This document shows, one piece after another, positions 33,501 through 40,211 of a DNA stretch of 64,000 nt. The notes under the pieces are model-generated. The model did not search any database. It was not told the DNA's origin and worked only from the letters and a program-made list of their open reading frames with translations. The position numbers were made by a program, and so were the translations under genes. The stretch lies in assembly GCA_965223505.1 (NCBI GenBank), contig CBDCWP010000021.1, positions 384,001-448,000 of the forward strand. Reading direction: 5' to 3'. The first letter of the stretch is position 1, and every line of letters begins with the position of its first letter. Source of the stretch: Planctomycetota bacterium. Lineage in GTDB: Bacteria > Planctomycetota > PLA2 > JAEUHO01.

Positions 33501-34200
33501 GGAAGCACTGGACTTTCTCGAGGAAGCCATCCTGTGCTATCGACGTCTCCTGGTTCGAAGTGGTCGGGCCGCCGCTCTGGTCAACAAGGCTGCCATCCTT
33601 CGAATCCTCGGCTGGTTCGAACCGTCCCGGATCGCGGGCAGGGAATCACTCCGCCTTGCCCGAGAGACCAATGCCCGTCGCATCGAGGGCTATGCGCGGG
33701 ACGGCCTCGCGCGCCTGGCATGGGACGCCGGCGACGCCGACGAAGCCATGCGCCACGGCGAGGCCGCCCTGGCACTTCGTCGAGATATCGAAAACATGCC
33801 GGGCGTGGTGAGCTCGTTGCTGTTGCTTGCGGCGATGGCCGCCGACCGAGGCGACAAGGACGACGCATTGCGGCGTCTGCGCGAGGCCGCGGAGATCGCT
33901 GAACGGATGTCCTACGTCTCCGATCGCGTTCGTGCCGCCGTCGAGCGCGCCGCCTTGACGGGCGAAGGCACGGAGACCGCCGTCTCGCTCTTTCGCAGCC
34001 ACAGGGCGCGCCTGCACGGTGAGGATGCCCTCAGGGTGTGTCTGCTTCTCTGGCGGGCAACGGGGGAGCATGACTACCTCGACGAAGCGCGCGCGCGGGC
34101 GCGCGAGATCCTCGAGCATGCGCCGGAGGAGGCAAAGGAAGGGCTCTTCGATCGCTCGCCGCTCCTTCGATCGATTCGCGACGCCTCTGCGGACGCGTAG
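30589..34200 (+). CDS. Ser/Thr kinase fused to AAA/STAND-like ATPase and TPR repeats
   Basis: LGRGGMGAVY and HRDLKPEN; FVGREG, Walker A GDLGAGKS, Walker B VVEDLD and GLPL; C-terminal TPRs. Confidence 0.92.
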   Translation: MVRVDPKRYQRIREVFYRAAELSGEAQRDYLSKACRDDRPLRRAVEGLLGAEHGATDTPSLAVQTGAVPETIGEYELTRELGRGGMGAVYLARDANGQHVCVKVMHPTLFVHETAGERFAREAELGRRLEHPNVVRTLDHGSESTPAGDVRYLVMEYVDGRDLRAILSEHGSLSDGLVREIGRQVADGLAAMHAHGIVHRDLKPENVIVDGAVQARIVDLGIALSEARDTRLTTPGMFIGSLHYAAPEQLAGAAVDGRADLYSLGVVLFELATGRPPGEGHDEGPSLERPSRQAIEAALDQVDSLSDFLRSLVPALMAVRPEDRIASATELATLLEEGEAGAWWKKQAEASRGTRWPRALAPAPAGRFVGREGAMERLQAAWAQAREGAGGVVLIEGDLGAGKSSLVSAFLDSIRTQDAQALYGAYGAAGTGAIAHAVRTRFGSADLAKRLSRFLDADTGLVEQLLGSPRYAPASEAVLDQLCVRLVERLSRELPTVWVVEDLDKAEPPLRGRILGLASALQRMPALMLVTICGEAPTSYDPRTSDALRRIALPPLTTEEVETLLAEMMDDASAAADLAGTVWHRAAGLPLYVREFVAALRRSSILPVREGGAALLSAVQNAELPIGLRALLEARIDTLSDEDRALLDAASVAGEVFDPRLLARALEKPRIPLLERLARLERMGGFIRSDGSHFRFEPAVLRDVLYAASPTSLRAAYHGNLGEAYAAVSEKPPRPREAAPIARHLLRSDDPAAALPYVVAATQHLIAAGQKLAEHDTLVRALQALGDDRVPLRLRLLGLLASALVRLDQREAAARTCEQAVTEAIAVDDVDGQVDLSCIWASMLNSTGRPQDALGKLERVAVLHDRVESAKVRAQFLLARGKVYWTLGRFADAAGDFDALALLGKEEGLIHEEARARGMRGILLQESGNNDAAYAESKRSLELTRKVRDTSNEPPALITLANICAARGHLAEALDFLEEAILCYRRLLVRSGRAAALVNKAAILRILGWFEPSRIAGRESLRLARETNARRIEGYARDGLARLAWDAGDADEAMRHGEAALALRRDIENMPGVVSSLLLLAAMAADRGDKDDALRRLREAAEIAERMSYVSDRVRAAVERAALTGEGTETAVSLFRSHRARLHGEDALRVCLLLWRATGEHDYLDEARARAREILEHAPEEAKEGLFDRSPLLRSIRDASADA

Positions 34201-34213
34201 CTACAATCAGGAG

Positions 34214-34792
34214 GTGGACCCCGCCGAGATCGACATCGAGACGTTGCTGAAAGCCGCACGCAGCGGGGATGATGACGCGGCGGACCGCATCTTCGAGCGC
34301 GCCTACGACGCGTTGCACGGCATCGCCGGACGGATGTTCCGCAGCCAGCGCCGAGACCACACGCTTCAGCCTACCGTGCTCGTTCACGAGGCCTGGATGC
34401 GCATGCATCGACCGGGTGTCGATCTCGGACACGACTCGGCACACTTCCTTGCCATCGCGGCGCGCGCCATGCGTCATGTGCTGGTCAACCACGCGCGCGC
34501 CAAGGACGCCGCGAAGCGCGGGGGCGATCGTCAGCGGGAGCGCCTCACGTTCATCGACCCCGGCACGCCCAACCTCGCCCCCGCCCTGGACACGATCGCC
34601 GTTCACGAAGCGCTCGAACAGCTCTCGAAGCTGGATCCGCGCCAGGCCCAGGTGGCGGAGATGCGCCTTTTCGCCGGTCTCGCGAATCCGCAGATTGCAG
34701 AAGTGCTGAAGGTGTCGCTACGGACCGTCGAGCTGGATTGGCGCATGGCGCGCGAGTGGATGAAGGGCCGGCTGGCGGAGGGCGACGACTGA
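34214..34792 (+). CDS. ECF sigma factor (TIGR02999-like)
   Basis: HTLQPTVLVHEAW, AMRHVLVNHAR and RTVELDWRMAREW; probable GTG start at 34214. Confidence 0.92.
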   Translation: MDPAEIDIETLLKAARSGDDDAADRIFERAYDALHGIAGRMFRSQRRDHTLQPTVLVHEAWMRMHRPGVDLGHDSAHFLAIAARAMRHVLVNHARAKDAAKRGGDRQRERLTFIDPGTPNLAPALDTIAVHEALEQLSKLDPRQAQVAEMRLFAGLANPQIAEVLKVSLRTVELDWRMAREWMKGRLAEGDD

Positions 34793-34797
34793 CGGAA

Positions 34798-34811
34798 GCG
34801 GGAGCTCCCGC
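34798..34811. terminator. Perfect palindrome between convergent genes
   Basis: GCGGGAGCTCCCGC lies between the sigma factor stop (34792) and the ankyrin gene stop (34820). Confidence 0.3.
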
Positions 34812-34819
34812 CGGTCGCC

Positions 34820-35203
34820 TCAGCTTGCTTGGTAGGCCAGGTAGCGTCGCGGTGCTTCGCCACGCGCCCGTCGCCCGCCTGCGAACCGAAGGGCGCCGAT
34901 CGTACGGGTGTGACAAAAGGTGCGGGCCCAATCGAGCGGCGTCGCCCCGAGACCGTCAAGCGCGTTGACATCCGCTCCCTCGTCGAGAAGGAACCGAACC
35001 GCCTCGGCCTGCCCTCGCGTCGCGGCCGCGTGAAGGGCCGTCTGTCCGAGGTGGCCTCGCGCATCGACGTCTGCACCGTTTCGCAACAGAAAGCGGATCG
35101 TCTCGATCTGACCGTGGCGTGCAGCGCGCGCCATCGCGCTCACGGCGGGCGCCGGGCGGCGACGGGCGTTGCGTTGGTGTCGAGTCTCTTTGGGGATCAA
35201 CAT
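34820..35203 (-). CDS. Small ankyrin-repeat protein
   Basis: LLRNGADVDA, GQTALHAAA and GATPLDWA; GAAAGG upstream of ATG 35203. Confidence 0.8.
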   Translation of the reverse strand: MLIPKETRHQRNARRRPAPAVSAMARAARHGQIETIRFLLRNGADVDARGHLGQTALHAAATRGQAEAVRFLLDEGADVNALDGLGATPLDWARTFCHTRTIGALRFAGGRRARGEAPRRYLAYQAS

Positions 35204-35232
35204 CGTTGGGCCTTTCCGGGGTTTCGCCCCCC

Positions 35233-36807
35233 TCAGGAAAGAGAACACGAAACGGTGTCCCCGACCGCAGCGACAAGTGCCTCGACCACCTCGTCGTGGC
35301 CCTCCCGGCGCGCGTCGTCGACGGGCGTGGCCCCCCATCGGTCGACCGGAGCCAGCGCCGCGCCGCGCCGAATGAAGAACTGGACGACGTGGAGGTGCCC
35401 TTCGGAGGCGGCGAGGTGCAGGGGCGTACGACCGTCGTAGTCGGCTGCGTCGAGGCTCGCGCCGGACGCCAGGAGGCTCCGCAAGCCGGCGAGGTCACCT
35501 TCGCTCGCAGCCCAGCAAAGGTCCACGATGCCCGTGCTCTGCGAGGAGCGTTTGGCACGGCGCGGATCCGTCTTCTCGGCGAGTGCGCCGACCAGGTTGT
35601 CGAACTGATGAAAGTTGTAGGTACTCACGAGCTCGCGGCAGTACTCGACACCACGAACGCTGTTGCCATGACGGTCGAGCAGGGGTGACCAGACACACGT
35701 GCCGAGGACGTTCGGGACAACGACCATGACCGCCCCGGACACGCCACTCTTTGCGGGAAGGCCGACGGCGAACGCCCACGCGCCCGAGTAGTCATACATG
35801 CCGCACGTCGACATCAGCGAGAGGCACTTCTGCACCGTCCCGGGCTGCAGGACCCGCTCCCCTGTCGTGGGACAGACACCGCCGTTGGCGAGCGTCGCCG
35901 CGAGGATGGACAGGCCTTCGGCGGTCATCTCCATCGAGCAGCACTGGAAGTAGAACTCCAGCGTCTCGACGAGGTCGGCATCGTCGGGAAAGCCCTTGTT
36001 CTCGCGAATCATGTGTCCGAGCGCGAAGTTGCGATCGGCGGTGCCCCGCTCGGAGAGATAGGTCGGATTGCTGAAACCGGGCTTGCGCCCGCCGGCCAGC
36101 CGCCGATAGCAGTCCATGACGTGGTCGAAGCGGTCGGCCGCCGACCGGTCCTTCAGGATCATCGCGGAGCTCACGATCGCGCCCGCGTTGATCATCGGAT
36201 TGTGGGGCCGGCCGTGCACGTTCAACTCGAGTTCGTTGAAGCTCGCTCCGCTCGGTTCGCATCCGATGAACTCGTGGACACGATCCGCACCGTGTTCCTC
36301 GAGCGCGAGGCAGTAATTGACGGGCTTGCAGCAGGACTGCACGCAGAACTCCACGTCGGCGTCGCCGAGCGCGAGCCGCTGCCCGTCAACCGTGCAGACA
36401 CCGACGCCGAATTGCTCGGGATCGACCCGCGCGAGCTGCGGGATGTAGTCCGCAACGGCGCCGTCGCGGTTCGCCCGGACGCGGCCGAAGATCGCGTCGA
36501 GCTCCGTCGAGAACGCATCGAACTCGGGGATGACGAGTCGTCCCTGCAAGGCCTTTTCGACGAGCAGTGCCGCGGGCTGTACGGCGCGATGAAACGCGTC
36601 GTAGTCGAGCGGCGGCTCGACGGGCTCGTTCAAGACCTGGTAGACGCTCGCGAGTCGAGGGTCGTCGGCGCGCAGACCGGAGCGCTCGAGGGCGTCCCGA
36701 AGAACGCCCCTCGAGACCGTCTCCTCCGAGCCGTCTCGGAGCGCGTCGAACAGAGGGCGCACGCGATCTGTCGAGTCGATCACAGCTCGTCGATCAGATG
36801 CGGACAT
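35233..36807 (-). CDS. glsA: Glutaminase A with N-terminal EF-hand-like region and C-terminal ankyrin repeats
   Basis: VADYIPQLA, QSCCKP (catalytic S-x-x-K), PHNPMINAGAI, CGMYDYSG and PAKSGVSG; DYDGRTPLHLAASEGH. Confidence 0.95.
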   Translation of the reverse strand: MSASDRRAVIDSTDRVRPLFDALRDGSEETVSRGVLRDALERSGLRADDPRLASVYQVLNEPVEPPLDYDAFHRAVQPAALLVEKALQGRLVIPEFDAFSTELDAIFGRVRANRDGAVADYIPQLARVDPEQFGVGVCTVDGQRLALGDADVEFCVQSCCKPVNYCLALEEHGADRVHEFIGCEPSGASFNELELNVHGRPHNPMINAGAIVSSAMILKDRSAADRFDHVMDCYRRLAGGRKPGFSNPTYLSERGTADRNFALGHMIRENKGFPDDADLVETLEFYFQCCSMEMTAEGLSILAATLANGGVCPTTGERVLQPGTVQKCLSLMSTCGMYDYSGAWAFAVGLPAKSGVSGAVMVVVPNVLGTCVWSPLLDRHGNSVRGVEYCRELVSTYNFHQFDNLVGALAEKTDPRRAKRSSQSTGIVDLCWAASEGDLAGLRSLLASGASLDAADYDGRTPLHLAASEGHLHVVQFFIRRGAALAPVDRWGATPVDDARREGHDEVVEALVAAVGDTVSCSLS

Positions 36808-38095
36808 CTTGCACCTCCCAAAGCTCGGTCTGCGCGACTGCGGCTTCGGTAATGAGCTCTTCGGGGGCGTAGGCGCGCTCGGAGTGCTCGGTGAGATCGA
36901 TGCCGACCTCCTCGGCGTACGGGGAGGGCCGCAGCTTCATGAAGCGCCGCATCGCCAGCAGGATGCCCGCGGTGCCGAGCGCCGCCAGCAGCGCCGCTGC
37001 CAGGATCCCGACGATCTGGGCACCCAGGAGCGAGGCATCACCGGCAAGCAGGCCGTCCGCTCCGTCCGGATTGACGGCGGTCGTCGCGAACACGCCCGTC
37101 AGGAGCGCTCCACTGAGCCCGCCGAGACCGTGGCAGGCAAACACGTCGAGCGTGTCGTCCACCCGAGCGCGCTTCAGGAGCGCGCACGCAACGTAGCTGA
37201 CCAGGGTCGCGAGAACGCCGATCGCGATGGCGGCCATCGGCGTGACGAAGCCGGCGGCGGGGGTGATCGCCACCAGGCCGACGACCGCGGCGATGGACGC
37301 GTTGACGGCGGTCGGCTTCTTGTCGCGCAGGAGATCGACGACGACCCACGTCGTCACGGCGGCTGCCGCGGAGAGCATGGTCGTCACGACGGCGAGCGCG
37401 GCGAGTCCGTCGGCAGCCAGCGCGGACCCGGCGTTGAAGCCGAACCACCCGAACCAGAGCAGTCCTGCGCCGAGGACGACGAGCGGCACGTTGTGGGGTT
37501 CGTCCGACGCGGCCAGGTCCCTGGCGTTCCGCCGCTCCTTGCGGCGGGGCCCCAGGATCATCGCGGCCACGAGCGCCGAGACACCGGCGCTGATGTGCAC
37601 GACGGTTCCGCCCGCGAAGTCGAGAGCGCCCAACTCGCCGATCCAGCCGCCGGGGCCCCAGACCCAATGGGCCAACGGCGCATAGACGAGCAGGCTCCAG
37701 AACAGGATGAACAAAACGTAGGCCTTGAACCGCATGCGGCCCACGACGGCGCCGGAGATGAGCGCCGGTGTGATGATGGCGAACATCATTTGGAATGCCA
37801 TGAAGGCCAGGTGCGGAATCGTCTCTGCGTAGGCCTCATTCGGCTCCATGCCGACCCCGTCCAGGCCGAGGAAGGCAAAGCCGCCGATCAGGGCGTTGCC
37901 CGGCGCGAACGACAGCGAGTAGCCGATCGTGGCCCAGAGGAGAGCGATCACGCCGAGGGCGATGAAGCTCATCTTGATGGTGTTGATGACGTTGCGCTCG
38001 CGAACGAGGCCGCCGTAGAAGAAAGCGAGTCCGGGCGTCATGAGCATCACGAGTGCGACGCTGATGAGGCTCCATGCGGTGTCTCCGGAGTTCAT
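36794..38095 (-). CDS. amtB: Ammonium transporter
   Basis: MTPGLAFFYGG, FQMMFAIITPAL, DFAGGTVVH, WFGWFGFNAGS and DDTLDVFACHG. Confidence 0.97.
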   Translation of the reverse strand: MNSGDTAWSLISVALVMLMTPGLAFFYGGLVRERNVINTIKMSFIALGVIALLWATIGYSLSFAPGNALIGGFAFLGLDGVGMEPNEAYAETIPHLAFMAFQMMFAIITPALISGAVVGRMRFKAYVLFILFWSLLVYAPLAHWVWGPGGWIGELGALDFAGGTVVHISAGVSALVAAMILGPRRKERRNARDLAASDEPHNVPLVVLGAGLLWFGWFGFNAGSALAADGLAALAVVTTMLSAAAAVTTWVVVDLLRDKKPTAVNASIAAVVGLVAITPAAGFVTPMAAIAIGVLATLVSYVACALLKRARVDDTLDVFACHGLGGLSGALLTGVFATTAVNPDGADGLLAGDASLLGAQIVGILAAALLAALGTAGILLAMRRFMKLRPSPYAEEVGIDLTEHSERAYAPEELITEAAVAQTELWEVQDVRI

Positions 38096-38200
38096 GGCAA
38101 GTTCCTTGCGTTGGGCTCGTCGTGCGACGAGCCGAGAGAGGGAGTGAGTCGATGTGGGGTGAGCGCGCCCCGCGGATGTCGAAGGGCGCGCCGGAGAGGG

Positions 38201-39304
38201 CTACGCCACCTGCGCAGCAGGCAGCTCGAGGAGGCCGCGAAACTCGTCCTCGTCGGTGCACACCGAGCGCATGAGCTCGCTGCATACCTCGTAGGGATTG
38301 CTGTTCGCACCCGGTCGTCGGTCTTCGAGGTAGCCGTGGCCGGCCTCGCGCACCTGGCGCGGTACGCGCACTGATGCGCCGCGATCGGCGACGCCGTGCC
38401 GGAACTGGTTGATGTCACAGGTCTCGTGAAGACCCGTGAGACGCTTCTCGAGACCCGCGCCGTAACGGGCGATGTGGCGCTCGTGCCTCTGCTTGAGCCG
38501 CCCCACGGCCGTCCAGATCGCATCCAGGCCGCCTTCGGGATCGCGCGTCGCGTTGGTCGACCAGTTCGTGTGCATGCCGGCGCCGTTCCAGTCACCCTGC
38601 ATGGGCTTGTTGTCGTAGCTGACGACGACGTCCGACTCGGCCGCGATGCGCTCGAGAAGGTACCGGGCGATCCAAACGTGGTCGGAGACTTCCAGCGGAT
38701 CACCACCTTCCCCTTCGAAGCCGCGGTAGCCCATTTGGAACTCCCACTGGCCGGGCATGACCTCCGCGTTCACACCGAACAGAAGGAGTCCGGCCTCGAG
38801 GCATGCCCGGGCATGGGTCTCGACGATTTCGCGGCCATACACGGCATCGGCGCCGACGCCGCAGTAGTACGGTCCCTGCGGAGCCGGGAAGCCGTCTTCC
38901 GGGAAGCCCAGCGGTCGTCCGGCGCTGAGCAGCGTGTACTCCTGTTCGAAGCCCACGTAGGGATCGAACGCGCCGCCGTTGGCGGCACAGAGCGCTCGCA
39001 GCTCGGCGCGCTGGTTGGTCGCGTGGGGCCGGCCGTCCGCCTGGAACACCTCGCACAGCACGAGGATGTTCGCGCCGCCGCGGATGGGATCGCGAACGAC
39101 GCGTACCGGCTCGAGGATCAGGTCGGAGTCCGCGCCGTCCGCCTGGTTCGTCGAGGAGCCGTCGAAGCTCCACGAAGGCAGGGAGTCCGGCGCAGGCAGC
39201 TCGGCGCCAGCGACCTGGAGAATACGAGTCTTGGACCGCAGCCTCTGGGTGGGCGAAGCGCCGTCGAGCCAGAGGTATTCGGCGAGGAGGGTGTGGGCTG
39301 ACAT
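38201..39304 (-). CDS. glnII: Glutamine synthetase type II
   Basis: AEYLWLDG, LRSKTR, WSFDGSST, PQGPYYCGVG, NAEVMPGQWEFQ, GDWNGAGMHTN, RLTGLHET and YLEDRRP; 367 aa, GSII size. Confidence 0.93.
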   Translation of the reverse strand: MSAHTLLAEYLWLDGASPTQRLRSKTRILQVAGAELPAPDSLPSWSFDGSSTNQADGADSDLILEPVRVVRDPIRGGANILVLCEVFQADGRPHATNQRAELRALCAANGGAFDPYVGFEQEYTLLSAGRPLGFPEDGFPAPQGPYYCGVGADAVYGREIVETHARACLEAGLLLFGVNAEVMPGQWEFQMGYRGFEGEGGDPLEVSDHVWIARYLLERIAAESDVVVSYDNKPMQGDWNGAGMHTNWSTNATRDPEGGLDAIWTAVGRLKQRHERHIARYGAGLEKRLTGLHETCDINQFRHGVADRGASVRVPRQVREAGHGYLEDRRPGANSNPYEVCSELMRSVCTDEDEFRGLLELPAAQVA

Positions 39305-39489
39305 GGGTATTTCCTTCGATAGGGGTGGTTGAGCGGGGGTCGCCCCGCGCTTGTCCGTCGAAGGGGAGAACACGAATGAGGCGCAGCGACCGCAATCGGG
39401 ATGCGAGACGGCCCGGTGTTCGAAATGCATGCGGTGAGAAGGAACCGTTCGTGTTCTCGCTGACGGGATCGGTGGGCTCGGAGAACGCC

Positions 39490-39942
39490 ATGCAAGACGA
39501 CGATCTGCTGACCTCGTTCGAGCGCGCCGAGATCCCCCGGTCGGCTTGGAATCACAAGATGCACGTTCGTGTGGCTTGGTGCTTGATCCAGCGCTACGGC
39601 TACCGTGCCGGACTTGCGCGCATGCGAAAGGGCATCACGGCGCTCAACCGGGCGCATGGCGTCGCTTCGACGCCCACGGGTGGATTTCATGAGACGATTA
39701 CGGTCGCGTTCTTCCGGGTCATTCACGCCGTGTGTGATCGGGACACGCCGGCCCCGGACTCGCTGAGCTTCTGTGACAAACACCTCCACGCACTGGGTCG
39801 TCCGTCCCTGCTGCGCCACTACAGTCCTCAGCACTTGCGGTCGCCAGGTGCGCGCGTCAACTTCGCCGAGCCCGACCGGCTGCCGCTGCCGATCACCGTC
39901 GGCCCGAAGCGCGGCCGCAGGGTCGCCACACCCGACCTGTAG
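39490..39942 (+). CDS. Conserved hypothetical protein (H-x-x-H-x-R-x-AW / FHETIT type)
   Basis: GGAGA RBS; WNHKMHVRVAW, FHETIT, HYS and F.EPD motifs. Confidence 0.75.
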   Translation: MQDDDLLTSFERAEIPRSAWNHKMHVRVAWCLIQRYGYRAGLARMRKGITALNRAHGVASTPTGGFHETITVAFFRVIHAVCDRDTPAPDSLSFCDKHLHALGRPSLLRHYSPQHLRSPGARVNFAEPDRLPLPITVGPKRGRRVATPDL

Positions 39943-40211
39943 CCGCGACCGGACGGAAGCGCGACGCCTCGTCGACGGCCGTTGCATGACATCCGGCACT
40001 CGGCGTCGCGTCACGCGGGGGCGCGCACGCTCGTTCAGGAGCGACCCGGGACGGTTTCGTGTCAACGTTCCCGTCTTGTTGCAGAATCGCTGACCGAGCG
40101 AGTCGTCGGGTGGGCCCGGGATCCCTAGTACGCCCCCCTTGCTGCGACGCGAGCGATGAGCGAAAACGCCGGCCTCCGTACCGGGCGTTGGCCCGTTGCT
40201 AGACTGCCCGT

